Assembly: GCA_010909165.1 (NCBI GenBank) | Contig: VJWM01000117.1 | Span: 310,001 to 374,000, forward strand | Length of the DNA: 64,000 nt | Direction of reading: 5' to 3' | DNA from: Anthoceros angustus | Taxonomy: Eukaryota; Plantae; Anthocerotophyta | Shown here: in pieces, positions 13,501-25,983 of the stretch | How the letters are laid out: each line of letters starts with the position of its first letter | Numbering within the stretch: the first letter of the stretch is position 1 | Notes under the pieces: model-generated | What the model was told of the DNA's origin: nothing | Databases searched by the model: none | The model's input: only the letters and a program-made list of their open reading frames with translations | Program-made: the position numbers and the translations under genes

Positions 13501-16500
13501 AATTGCTGACAGTGCTCAAGCAGAACTAGATCTGGCCCTACCTGCACTTGAAAAGGCGCTGGAGTCACTGAAGAATCTGACCAAGAATGATGTGGTGGAG
13601 GTCAAGTCGCTAAAGAATCCTCCGGAGGGTGTGAGGACGGTGATGGAAGCATGTTGCATTATGTTTTCAATTCCTCCGAAAATGATCCCTGACCCAAATA
13701 AAGTAAGTTGCTAGGGACAGAGACACGGCTGGAAGTGTATCATGGACATTGACGTCCGGGGACTCCTTTTGCTGTAATAAGCATCCTTTTGCTGTACACT
13801 CTTTGCTGTTAACTATGAGGAGTGTTACTGATGATGTTCCTGAATCTTTTGCCAGTACGGGAAAAAAATTCCAGATTACTGGGAACAAAGCGGGAAAATT
13901 CTAGCAGACCCACAGAAATTTTTGGACTCATTACTGGGCTTTGATAAGGAAAACATTTCAGCTGCTGTTGTAGCAAAAATTGAGCCATATATAGCAATGG
14001 AAAGCTTTACGCCTGAGCAGGTCAGCAGACATGAAAAGATGGACTTTTTTTGGTTTGCCTTCTGATCTGCCGGAATTTTGATCAGGGACATCATCCTGCA
14101 GGTTGCAAGGGTCTCAAAGGCATGCACCTCAATTTGTATGTGGGTGCGAGCAATGCATTCATACTACTTAGTTACCCTTGTAGTGGCTCCAAAGCGTGCT
14201 CAACTGGCTGAAGCACAAGGTGTTCTGGATGCTACCATGGCACAGCTCCGTGCTGCACAATCGAAACTTGCAGAGGTGCACCTCTACACTCTGTAGCAGC
14301 TTTGTGGCATTGGATTTTCACCTAGATTCCAAGCTGGCATGTGTTAGGGCCTCTTCTTTCCCTTACATAATTATAATATTGACAAGTGTGTGCACACAGG
14401 TTGAAGCAAAAATTAATCTACTAGAAGCTCAACTAAATGAAGCAGTCAAGAAAAAAGAAGACCTTGCTGGTCAGAAAAGGGACTGTGAAGTGAAACTGGA
14501 GAGAGCTGATAAGCTTATTGGTGGATTAGGAGGGGAAAGGTTGCGCTGGACTGAAACCATTGGTGATCTGGCTGTCAACATTAGGCACGTCATAGGTGAT
14601 GTTATGATAGCAGCTGGATCAATTGCGTACACAGGGCCATTCACTCCCCCATATCGACAACGACTGAATGCTGAGTGGCTTAAGATGATAGCTGATCTGA
14701 AGGTACAGATCCTACAAATGGTTGAGCATGGTATTGATCGTTCCCTGTACTCACAGTGTGGTTAATGGGGATGTCTAAACTATGTTGACACCTTGTTGCA
14801 GCTTCCACATACTCCCAACTCTACACTTCAATCAGTCCTCAAAGACCCAGTGAAAATGCGTCTGTGGAACATCGCAGGCCTGCCCAGTGATGCTTTGAGT
14901 GAAGACAATGGTATCATTGTGTTTAAAGCCAGGCGCTGGTCTCTAATGATAGATCCACAGGTACGTGTTTCCTGGTGAGCCTGTGTTAGCCGATGCAAGG
15001 GCTCAGATGAGATTTGTAGCTTATGCATGTGTTCTTTGCAGGGACAAGCAAACAAGTGGATAAAGAACATGTATAAGGATAGCGGCCTTGACGTGATTAA
15101 GCTTGCGGAGAAGGACTACCTACGTACCCTTGAAAACGGCGTCAGATTTGGCCGAACAGTGCTCTTAGAGAACATTCTAGAAACCTTGGACCCTGCTCTA
15201 GAGCCCCTGCTCCTGCAGCAAACATTCAAACAGGGTGGCCAGGAGGTGATCAAAGTGGGTGATAATGTTATTCCCTACAATCATGATTTCAAGTTCTACA
15301 TAACAACCAAGCTCCGAAATCCACACTATCCACCGGAGGTATCCCTTGCAAACTCTTGTAAAAGCCATTGCATCTCGTCTGACATTGATTTCAAAGCCAT
15401 TATGATAGTATGCATGCCGTGTGGAGAAAAACTGTAGTTCTGTCACACTAATCGGCATCTTGTTGTTGCAGGTGAGTGTGAAAGTTACATTGCTTAACTT
15501 TTTTGTGACAACGGAGGGTCTTGAAGAACAGCTTCTTGGTACTGTTGTTGCTAAAGAGAGACCAGACCTTTCAGATATGAAAAGTCAGCTGACAGTTTCG
15601 AATGCAAATATGAAGCGCGAATTGAAAGAACTTGAATCTAAAATCCTGGCCCTGTTAGCAAGTTCCAAAGTATCGCATCCCGTCTCCTCACTTATATTAC
15701 GTACTATGTCGTTGTCTGTTTTCTCAGGATTTGATGAGCAAAGATTCGGAGTGTCTGTCCGTCATGCTTGCTGATACTCTGGAATAATCCCTCCTCTTGG
15801 CTGATGGTAAATGTCTTCAGGGAAATATCCTGGATGATGAGACCCTCATCAACACTCTTTCTCAATCCAAGATTACATCCAATGAGATCATAATCAAGGT
15901 TGCTGAAGCTGAAAAGACCGAGAAGGCAATTGACGAAACACGTGAGGTGCAGTCCATGACACACGCTCTTGTTCCATTGTGGCTTATGCTGGTTTTCATC
16001 AACGGTTTTCATCGAGATGACATTGGTGCACATTGTCACGGTTGTGCAGATTTATCGTGCGGTGGCAAACAGGGCCTCAATTCTTTTCTTCTGCATATCA
16101 GACTTGGCACTTGTGGATCCCATGTACCAGTACAGTTTGATATGGTTCATCAACCTGTTTACTCGATCCATGGATAATGCGGCACAGTCACCACTAATAG
16201 AGAAACGAATAGAGAACCTGTGTGAATACTTCACTTACTCGTTATATGTGAACGTGTGCCGTTCACTTTTTGAAAAACACAAGCTGATGTTCTCACTGAT
16301 GCTTACCATCAAAATTCTGCAGGTGGGTTTTTGTTTTTCTGCATTTCCATGTTTGTCTTCTGTCTTGCTAGCACGTGTCTGATATCATCTGCCGCTAACG
16401 TAGGTGTTCTGATTAGTGGGTTAACGGACTGTAATAGGGATCAGGCAAGGTGGATCCAGTGGAATGGAGGTTTCTTCTGGCTGGCGCAACTTCATCCACC

Positions 16501-19500
16501 TTAACAAAACCAAATCCTGCGCCAAATTGGCTCACGGACAAGGTCAGCCTCTCTTCTGTTAGCAGTTTGCATCTAACAGAACATAATAATATTCAATTTG
16601 ATATAAGGCTGGGGACCTTTACCAAGTGGCTGTTGTTGTTGTGCAGAACTGGATCGAAGTTCTAAATCTGGCCTTAATCCCTACATTTGAGGGCATTGAT
16701 ACTCATGTATCTACCAACATAGCCTTTTACAAAAAGTACTTTGACAGCTCAGATGCACACAAGGAGCCAATGCAAGGAGAGTGGAATACAAAGTTGAACA
16801 CCCTACAGAAACTTATTTTCCTTCGTTGCCTTCGAATCGATAAGGCTCTGCTAGCTATACAGGTGACTTCAATTTATCCAGAGCATTGCACTGTGTGTAC
16901 CATGTATCCTTCTGTGCAATCACCTGGCTGAGTATGTCCTGTTGACTTGGCAGGGCTTTGTGTCAGAGCAGCTGGGGCAGCGATTTATTGAACCCCCAGC
17001 TTTTGACTTGTCTTCATGCTACAAAGATGGGTCCCCATCATCGCCATTGATTTTTGTGTTGTCTGCTGGAGCGGATCCAATGGCTGATCTGCTGAAACTT
17101 GCAGAGGACCTTCGGTTCACAAAGAAATTCGAGAAGGTTTCAACAGAATGAAGTAGCCATTTATAGTTCATAACATGGTGTCCAGTGTCTTGGTTTTCAA
17201 CGCTCGTTCATTTTTTGGCACCAGGTATCCCTTGGGCAAGGGCAAGGTCCAAAAGCTGAAAAGTTGCTGACCATGGGCATGGAGCGTGGAATGTGGGTGT
17301 GCCTTCAAAACTGTCATTTGTCTCAGTCCTGGATGCCATCCCTTGAACGAATTGTCGACCAGATTGACCCAGACAAGGTCAGTTTAACTCCCACTCCCAT
17401 TGCAATTTTGCCGCCAGCATGTTGGGTGTGGCTTAACATGTTCACTGTGCCCATGGTTGCAGGTTCACAAGGACTTCAGGCTTTGGTTGACAAGTATGCC
17501 CAGTCCAGACTTTCCCATCTCCATCTTACAAAATGGTGTGAAGATGACACTTGAGCCACCAAAAGGGTTGAGGTCAAACCTGCTCCGCTCTTATGTTCGG
17601 TTCAGTGACAAGATCCTTAATGATTGTGCAAAACCGGATGAATGGAAGAAGCTTGTGTTTGCAACCTGCTTGTTCCATGCTGTTATTCAAGAAAGGAGGA
17701 AATTTGGTCCTCTTGGATGGAATATCCGGTATGAGTTCACAGATGGTGACCTCAGTGTGTGCCAAACACAGGTCCGCATGTTTCTCAACGAGTATGAAGA
17801 AATTCCTTACAAGGTGATTTGCTTACGATTTACTCTATTCCTATAGAAGGGAAAGCCATGACAACAGCTAACTCTACCATAATTTATGGATCAGGTCATA
17901 AGGTTTCTGTGCGGAGAGATTAACTATGGTGGAAGAGTCACGGATGACAAGGACAGAAGGCTAATAAACACACTGCTCTTGACTTTTATCCAGCCTGAGG
18001 TAAGTCGGTCTGATAATTCTCTAGCTTGGAGCAAACAGATCCCCCGTCTATCCCCGAGATCCAGACTGTCAGCAACCTGAAGAGTTTTTGTGGTTACAGG
18101 TTATCGATACACCAAAGTACAAGTTTAGCGAATCTGGAGTTTTTTATGTTCCAGAGGCGACAAACTGTAACGCATTCGTGACATATGTGAAGGAGCTTCC
18201 TCTTGCTCCACGACCAGAAATATTTGGCTTGCATGAGAATGCTGACATCACTTGTGACCAAAATGAATCATATGATCTTTTTGGCACAGTTCTGTCTCTC
18301 CAACCCAGAGAAACAAAGAAGGGAGCAGGTACAATAGCACAATTTATTGCTTGCTGGATGGAATCACAGTGTAATGCGGTTGGACAAAGCCCTTGATCCG
18401 CACTTCTGGCAGGTGCATTGTCACGAGAGGAGATCATAGAAAAATCTTGTCGAGACATGCTTGCTATCGTACCCCCAGCTTTTGATGTAGAGTCTGTGCT
18501 TCTATCCTATCCAACAATGTACACGGAGAGTATGAACACTGTTCTGACACAAGAGTGCATCCGGTACAATGGTCTGCTGGTGATTATGAAGCAGTCGTTG
18601 ATGGACACTCTCAAGGCACTCAAGGGAGTGGTGGTCATGACTCCAGAGCTTGAGATGCTGTGTAACAGCGTCTTCAACAATCAGGTAAGCGACAACACCA
18701 CCCAGCCTGGATCTAGCAGAAACGACGGATGAACAATCCACACTGATCAATATGATGATGCAGGTCCCGGACATGTGGGCAGGCAAGGCTTATCCTTCTC
18801 TCAAACCTCTCTCCGCGTGGATTGCTGACCTCCTGGAACGAACCAAATTCATCATCACCTGGATAAAAGAAGGGGCTCCTCCTGTCTTCTGGATTTCTGG
18901 ATTTTTTTTCCCTCAGGTACTACTGCAGTGCCGACTTATTGACACACTGTGTGAAGACCTTGGCTTCAGACATGAATGAACAGCAGACTTTCGCAATGTC
19001 TGCAGGCTTTCCTGACGGGCACACTGCAGAATTTTGCACGGAAGTACCAGTATCCCATAGACACAGTTAGCTTCGACTTCGTGTGCGTAGATGATAAAGA
19101 CTACAGGAGCATCACAAAGTCCCCGGAAGATGGGTGCTACGTGAGAGGACTTTACCTTGAAGGAGCCCGGTGGGACTACGAGCGGCATGTGCTCACTGAA
19201 TCCAGACCGAAGGAGCTGTACACTGAGCTACCCATCATGTGGCTCAAGCCTTTGCAATTTCGGAAGAAACCCACCAGCGGCATCTACGAGTGTCCCGTTT
19301 ACAAGACATTGCTCCGAGCAGGTACTGCCTCTTCTACCTTCCTATGACCCTGCAGTTATCCTTCTGTACAGCAGCTTTGAATCTTGCTCTTGGTCCAATG
19401 ATTCATGTGTTCAGGAACTCTGTCGACCACGGGACACTCCACCAACTTCGTCATGTACATGGAGCTATTAACGGATCAAACTCAGGCCAAATGGATCAAC

Positions 19501-19536
19501 AGAGGCGTAGGACTGTTCACAGCATTGGCTTTCTAG
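1591..19536 (+). CDS. DNAH1: Axonemal inner-arm dynein heavy chain, DNAH1-like, multi-exon (true start may lie upstream, e.g. ATG at 1356)
   Basis: Spliced fragments give the DNAH1-type N-terminus ([46 protein letters not shown]) and linker. Four P-loops: GPAGTGKT ~8130, GPTGGGKT ~9485, GETGTGKT ~10865, GVGGSGRQS ~12165. Stalk/MTBD ([11 protein letters not shown]), AAA5/6, and C-terminus [11 protein letters not shown]|[12 protein letters not shown]...[14 protein letters not shown] with stop at 19534-19536. Introns are short and mostly GT-AG. Confidence 0.95.
2436..2552 (+). other. GC-AG intron in the dynein gene
   Basis: AG|GCAAAT...GTGCAG|G joins TGG TTA CCG AG+G ATA CAG GTG (WLPRIQVHF), restoring the conserved DNAH1 frame. 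I saw no GT donor at this boundary. Confidence 0.75.
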
Positions 19537-19928
19537 CTGGGACTGGGACTCGGGCCGTCTGAACGCAACACAGATCGCGCGAACAGCAGTTCAAGCGTCA
19601 CTGCATTCAAACGGGTTTACCACATACAAACAGGAGCCAAAACGACAGACATGCGAAACCCGTCAGAATCATGGCACTGCATAAGCAGTCGGCCTTCAGT
19701 TCCAGACTTTTACCTGAAAGACGTGTTTTCACCTGAAAGATGTGTATGCTTTACTTGGACGGTATATGTACATATATGTACATTTAATGAGTTTTTTGCA
19801 GGCAATTCTATCCTCGGTGTGTGTCAGTTGCTGTCCGAAGAATATCTCCTATGCTGTCCGAAGAATAGGAAAGAGTGCAAGAATTCCGCCCAGGACACTC
19901 CCCGAATCCCAACAGCCCGATCCCATTC

Positions 19929-21254
19929 CTAATCCACAAAAACAGCCGTCAAGCCCACCGACTCCACCAGCTGCTCCTGCTTATTCCCCGCTGCGACAAT
20001 GGCGGAATCGGTCTCTCCAGGCAGCAACTTCTCCTGTAAGCAGAAGAGAAGAAGGCGTTGCAACGCCGCAACTTCCTGCAGCCGGCCCTCCAATTCGGCA
20101 ATCCGCTTGTCCGGCCGCTGGGCCTGGCGAAGCTCCTCCCGCTCCTGCAGCCACAGAGATGCGAAGTCGCAGTCCCGCCACGTCTCGAACCAGGGCCCTC
20201 CGGACGTGAAGTGGATGGCCCGGGGGGGCGGGGCGCCAGCGGGCGGCGCCGCATGGTGGCCGACCAGGAAGTTCCAAGTGAAGGGCAGAGCTCCGATGTC
20301 GGCGTCGTCCAGCCACAGGAAGCGATGCAGGAAAGCTCCAGTCTGGGAATTCACCACGCCGGGCGTCAGGATCCTGTTCTTGGGATGCGCGCAGTTGTAG
20401 AGCACCATTGAAGACCAGTTCTTGCGCGGGTAGCAGGTCTGCGGGACTCCGTCCATCTTGGTGGTGCTCCTGGGAGTGTAGTCGTGGTGCACGCACATGA
20501 GAGCAAACCGCTCGTCCGCCATCTCCACCAGCTCGCGCACATCGCCGGTGTACAAGAAGTCGCAGTCCACGAACACGGCCCAGCCTTCGAAGCCAGCAAG
20601 GAACGGGGTGAGGAAGCGGGTGAAGCTGAACTCCGTGCTCTCGGTCGGGTCTCGGATTCTGGTGTAGAGGCCTGCGGCTCGCAGCTCGCTCTGCCGGATC
20701 GGGACCACCTCCACCGGAAGAGTGGAGTGCTTGACGATGGAGTGCCGGCAGACCTCGTACGCCTCGTCCTCCCTCGGGTCGTAGCCGATGAAGATGCGCA
20801 GCTTGCTCAGCTCCTTCCCTCCCTTGGTCACCGCCGACCCTGCCATCGTCACTCCTGCTCCTGGTCCTGTTGCTGCCACAACTCCCGCTGCTGCTGTTCC
20901 TGCTGGAAGAGAGGCACAACACGAAGGCAAGGGCTCTGCCGGAGCCGCTGCCGCTGGCTGGGAGTAGAGTACGGCCAGGCCGATCCCGATGCCTGCTGCT
21001 GCGGAGGCCGTCAAGGAAGGCAGCAACCTTGCAATGTAGGAGAAGGACGAAGACTGTTGAAAAAGGCGGGATGGCCGCTGCGGCAAGAAGCTGGGACAAC
21101 AAGCAGGTGCTGCTCCAGCTCCTGCTCCCTTCCGCGCTGCTGCCGCAGAGGAGCTACAACTTGGAGGAGGAGCGAGGCCGAGTACTTCTCTCTCACATGA
21201 TCTGAGAAGCATCCGCCTAGCTAGCTGCATCCCGCATTTCTCCACCGGCGCCAT
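19929..21254 (-). CDS. CDI: CDI-like nucleotide-diphospho-sugar transferase (GT-A fold), intronless, with N- and C-terminal extensions
   Basis: 441-aa ORF with RIFIGYDPREDEAYEVCRHSI, STEFSFTRFLTP, FVDCDFLY (DxD), YPRKNWSSMVLYNCAHP, WNFLVG and AIHFTSGGPWF, all characteristic of the Cdi family. The conserved part starts near the Met at ~20846. Confidence 0.9.
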   Translation of the reverse strand: MAPVEKCGMQLARRMLLRSCEREVLGLAPPPSCSSSAAAARKGAGAGAAPACCPSFLPQRPSRLFQQSSSFSYIARLLPSLTASAAAGIGIGLAVLYSQPAAAAPAEPLPSCCASLPAGTAAAGVVAATGPGAGVTMAGSAVTKGGKELSKLRIFIGYDPREDEAYEVCRHSIVKHSTLPVEVVPIRQSELRAAGLYTRIRDPTESTEFSFTRFLTPFLAGFEGWAVFVDCDFLYTGDVRELVEMADERFALMCVHHDYTPRSTTKMDGVPQTCYPRKNWSSMVLYNCAHPKNRILTPGVVNSQTGAFLHRFLWLDDADIGALPFTWNFLVGHHAAPPAGAPPPRAIHFTSGGPWFETWRDCDFASLWLQEREELRQAQRPDKRIAELEGRLQEVAALQRLLLFCLQEKLLPGETDSAIVAAGNKQEQLVESVGLTAVFVD

Positions 21255-21816
21255 GGCTGCTCAGATCCGTGTCCTCTCCAATTTCCCGAGCTTGAGACGA
21301 AGAAGAATGCAGAAGAAGAAGAATCAAGAGCAACGATTGTCACAAGTCCTGGAGATTTGCAAGGAAGGTGAGTGCGCCGATGCATGCAATTTCAGGCAAG
21401 CACAGATCGATTGCAAGCTGCTGAGGCCGCCGCTGCTGCTGCAATTTCGCGATGCAGGATGCAAATGCGGCTGCCGGAGAGCTCCCGCAGCAGGAAAGGC
21501 GGGAAGCTTCGAGGAAGTTGCGGAGCGGAGTACAGGGATCTGAGTAGGATGCCAAGGGGCTAGAGCAAGGGACGATGAGGTGAGCGCAGCTGGCGAGGCG
21601 GGACTGCTGCACTTCTCAACTGCCGTGCCTGTTTCCCCTTGGACGTCGACGGGCGAGACGTCTCGGGGGTTGCTTTACAGTTACAAACGCCTCACTGTCC
21701 TTAACGGTTAGCGCTTCATCCAGTCGTGACGTCTTGCACAACGCAGTGCTTGAATGCGGTTGGTAACTCTTCTCCCCGTTTTGGCCAGACAACGTTAAAA
21801 GCACTGAATGAGGCAT

Positions 21817-24800
21817 TCAAGGAACGGTTACAAGCATTTGTGGAGAAGATGACACATCTTCCGCCCCTCCACACACACATACTGGCTGCAAGGCAAAGTG
21901 AATTTTCGAGGCTCCTTCCCGAACATGCAGCTGGTAGACATAGAAGGCATTCGCCTTAGCCACACCGAGAAATCGGGCCTTGCCAGCTCCATCGTTGCTG
22001 GCAGTCTCCACTTCTTCGTCTTCCCATGTGAAGATCTTGAAGTGCTCCGGCTGGCAGCTTCCCTGGCTGATACTCGAGGCTGCAGGCTTCCATAGCAGTA
22101 GGATGTTAAGGACATGCTCTTTCTGCTCTGTTCTGGACCATTCGGCATGCTGACCTTCGAAATGATAGGACGCTGCTGGCAGCTTGCATTCTGCTAGCGC
22201 CCAACTCGCTATTCTTATGTGACCCAGCAGAGCTCCATATGTGAGCTCGTGTCCCAGCGTTGAGGATGGGTCATCATCGTCTGCTGTAGCTACTGAGGCC
22301 CCTGGATCAGAAGTGGAGGATGGAGAGGGCTCTGATGGAGGGTCGATCAAAAGGTGCTGGAACTTCTGCTTCAGAGCTTTGTCGTGGGAGTTCTCTCCGT
22401 GGACCAGGGCGTAGATGTGGGTGATGGTGCCAGGCTCCAATTCAACGACGTAGTCTCTTACATTCCACAGACTGCCTCCCTCTGCGCTGGTGCTGACGAA
22501 GTTGTCAGGAGTCTTGACAATGTAGTCATGTGTTCTTTTCGCGAGCCAAGCCGTTGGGCCATCTTGTTCGATGAGGAAGATGGTGGTCGTACCACCATCA
22601 TCGCTCTCCAACTCCACGGCAAGCGAGAGCTGACAGTTGAGCTTGAGCTTCACCTGCCATCACATCCAGTTGGACTGTATCAGGAGGCAGAAATGCATGA
22701 TCCTGGCAGCGGGAGGATAGATAAGATTTGCCATACCGAGTAGGAAACATGAAGAGAACCAGCCGGTATCTTTAGAGTGGAATGGTAGAAGTTCACCACG
22801 CTAAGATCTTTGGTAGGCATAATCCCGGAGATGCTCACACAAGAGCCTCCAGAATAGGCTTTGTTCTTTTGACTGATGCACCAAAAAACCAGCATTGGGC
22901 TTAGACAATACAAATTGGACCACAATCTCTTGGCTTACACCGTTCAGAAAGCTTTGGTAGCGAAGCAAGTGACAACACAAAGGTATGCCTGCATCCATGT
23001 ACCTCACAAAGATCTTCAAAGGCTGTCTCGAGCCATCGACAGACCCGTCGAACAGCACCTGAACAGTGTTTGACAGCACACATTAGTCATTGCTGTTCCA
23101 ACGTGAACTTGCAAATAGGAACGAAAGATGTGCACAACCTGCAAGTTCTGGCAAGACAGATTGCTCCAAGGAGATCCAGAGATTTGCCGACCTTGATCAT
23201 ACACAGCATTCCCGATACCCTGAATCACTGCACTTTGTCAGCAGAGCAGTAAATCTTCAAGTTACCTGAAAGCCAACCCAGCTTCATGGCAGCCAAAGAA
23301 TAGCACGTAACTTGATCGAAGTTGGAGAAGAAAGGCAGTGTAACCGGATTGCTGCGAGCACGGGGCCAAGCGGCGTGGATTGTGTCCCACCACCTGCGAG
23401 AAGAGAGTTACGAGGGAGCTAGCAACATGAACCAAGTAGCTGCTGTATGTGTGCGCTTCCGATATCCACATCGACATCGAAAGCAAGAACAGACCTGTCT
23501 TGTGCTGTATGGAAATCAGGGCCCTGATCTGTCTCGTACACCCAGCCAGGAGCAAACAGAGCGGCTGAGACACCTGAAGCGCGGGCTACTTGAAGTGCAT
23601 AATCACTCTGTTTCAGCAGGAGTTTTTCATCAACCCGAAGTTTACAGTGCATACACTCTCCAGAAGCATCTGAACCTGTAGGTTAACATCAAACTCACAT
23701 TGAACCCTCCACCTCCAAATGTGTTTCTTCCAAAAACATCGACACCCATGTAGACATCAACGGCACGATCACAGGCAAGCTCGGCAGACATCACTGGGTA
23801 GTCATACTGCACAGTACCCAGTAGGTCAGCAGGGGAACTTGTCTAGCTTCTTCAAAAGCGTTGCTAATGCTGCACAGAAACGTCAGTAGACGACTGCCGT
23901 TCTCCTCCAAGACGGTCACACACCGTCCAAGAATAGTTGGTGAAAATTCCGTCACAGGCATCGAAGAATGGCTTATTCAACGAATTCAAGCGATTCTGCC
24001 AAGCCAACCGTCCCTCTATTGTAACAGCATCATACCTGTGAAAACAGGGCAGGCACATGACAACCAGTGATCCATCATTGCTGCAAGCGAAGGAGCACTC
24101 TGGCTATACCTATGCCTGTCAACCACAACGGTAACCCCTTAATGAGATTCTCTCATACCAGATAACCAGAGAATTAGGAACCATAGAATGCATCATTGAT
24201 GTCAGAAGCTGGAGAAACTCCACCAGCAAGGGGATCTGGTAATGCACAATCGGATTTTCGATGTTTATCTGGTCCACGCAGGGAAGCATGTGTTACACAC
24301 AAGCTGATCACGCAAGTCTGGGGAAGAAAGCCAAAGTAACCGAAGCTGCAAACCATAGAAGCAAAACTTGCTTCACGCACTCCCAACAACCACTCCTAAA
24401 CCCTGAGTTGCCAATACGTACCAACCAGCCATCAAAGCCCAAATTATAAGCCAGTTCTGCAAGACGTGAGGCGTACAGCTGAACAGATGCACGCGATGCC
24501 AGCAGCTCAGCACATAAAATTGCACCTTCCTTCCATTCCGTGATGAAGGTCCCCAGAACCTGCGCCACAAACACAACTCAGCTCTCCCATCAATGAATCG
24601 CCCACTTGGCCCCTCCACATGCCTCCCTCCCCGAGATTTGTGCTTACCTGCACCCCATGCTTGTGTGCGGCATTGATCCAACCAGGGGGAGGCAACGTAA
24701 CCAGATCATGCGCAAAGTAGACAAACACGTCAATCAGGTCCCAGTGCCAGAGGGAGTATGCTCCACCGTTGTCATTCCCCTGAACCCACTTGTCGTCCTG

Positions 24801-24986
24801 GTAGCCTCCTTTGAAATCGTGACAAACCAGCAGCCGGGGCCGATCTGGTTGAGCTGAAGGAGTCAGTGCCACCGACCCCCTGGTGAACACATAGTTCACT
24901 GACTTCCTGTCGGCAAGCTGTCGCAGTGTCTTCAGCGGGGCAGCCACAAGCGGACCAGGGGCACTGGCAGGCATGGAAGACGCCAT
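21817..24986 (-). CDS. ENGase: Cytosolic endo-beta-N-acetylglucosaminidase (GH85, ENGase), multi-exon
   Basis: Exons encode RLLVCHDFKGGYQDDKWVQG, IDVFVYFAHDLVTLPPPGWINAAHKHGVQV|LGTFITEW, GFDGWL|INIEN, YDAVTIEGRLAWQN, DGIFTNYSW, DVYMGVDVFGRNTFGGGGF and SAALFAPGWVYE. Last-exon ORF ends at 21817. Confidence 0.92.
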
Positions 24987-25103
24987 TGCACCCGCAAGGC
25001 GTTCACCAGTCACCAGGCTGAAATACTAGTCCTGGAACCCCTCTTATATGTAAACAACTCTTGCGTGTTGCGGCAGTCGCTTGTGCTGCGGACTTAGAAG
25101 CCG
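24987..25103. promoter_or_regulatory. Very short head-to-head intergenic region (putative bidirectional promoter) between ENGase and TRAPPC2
   Basis: Only 117 bp separate the two ATGs; a TATATGTA element lies at ~25045. Confidence 0.55.
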
Positions 25104-25983
25104 ATGGGCAGCACGGCATGCTTTGTGATTGTGGCCCGTAACGACTGCCCAATTTACGAGAGCGAATTGGGCACTGCTCCGAAGGTGCGGTGCGGGCCAT
25201 GTCTGAGTACAGGACTGGGGTTTGCAATTTCATTGCAGGGGCGTGTTGCTTTGTGTTGGATGTGGGTGAGCTCGGAGGTGGTGATGCACCGGCAGCTAAC
25301 ATGATCCAGGCTCCACCGATGTAGAAAGACGAGGGAACGCATCTCCACCAGTTCATTCTCCATGCGGCATTGGACATCGTACAGGATGCCGTCTGGACCA
25401 CCAACGCCATGTAAGTTCCTGGAGGCTGCGATTTCCAGCTGTAAAGCCTGTTGGGTCGCAGAGTGATCACACCCCACTGAGCATTGCACTACGGTGGATG
25501 TATCTTGGCTCCACAGGTTCTTGAAAGTGGTGGACAAATTCAACGATCTGCTTGTGTCTGTTTACGTCTCCGCTGGTCATATCCTTCCATGTCTGGCATC
25601 TTCCTCGTTGGTGGGTACCTTTCTTTTGTCTTACCTTCGCCTGAATATTTCCAAAATTCAGCCTTGACTGCTGGCACATACAAGACTGATGCTGCTTCAC
25701 GACACGCGGAATGAGGACGGCATCAAGAGCTTCTTCCAGGAGGTTCACGAACTCTACATCAAGGTGCTGGGCAAGGGTGTATCGGCTTATGCATGAGCTT
25801 CTGGGTGGAAGTGAATTCGAGGCTGCTATGCTGTTCTTCCTCAACTTTCTAACAAACGCCCTTCTGAATTCGATTGTGTTTGTGGAGCAGATCCTCCTGA
25901 ATCCTTTGTACGTGCCGGGATCTCGGATCACTTCAGCCTACTTCGACACCAGAGTCCGAGCTCTGGCAAGGAAGTACCTCTAG
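25104..25983 (+). CDS. TRAPPC2: Trafficking protein particle complex subunit 2 (sedlin), 5 exons
   Basis: Spliced product: [27 protein letters not shown]|[29 protein letters not shown]|[21 protein letters not shown]|[28 protein letters not shown]|[30 protein letters not shown]. Confidence 0.97.
25579..25677 (+). other. U12-type (minor spliceosome) AT-AC intron in TRAPPC2
   Basis: 5' site ATATCCTT at 25579, branch CCTTGAC at 25662-25668, 3' end ...GGCAC at 25677. Removing it restores [11 protein letters not shown]. Confidence 0.93.

Noticed and set aside
15337-15350. GTATCCCT donor in dynein resembling a U12 5' site
   Set aside because: Does not match GTATCCTT, and the intron has a U2-type CTAAT branch with no CCTTRAC.
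19949-21205. Long overlapping and antisense ORFs (up to 373 aa) across the CDI gene
   Set aside because: GC-rich codon shadows of the real ORF, low complexity, no recognisable domains.
21251-21256. ATG on both strands in CCATGG (CDI start and a 96-aa + ORF)
   Set aside because: Any CATG gives this; the + ORF shows no homology or splice support.
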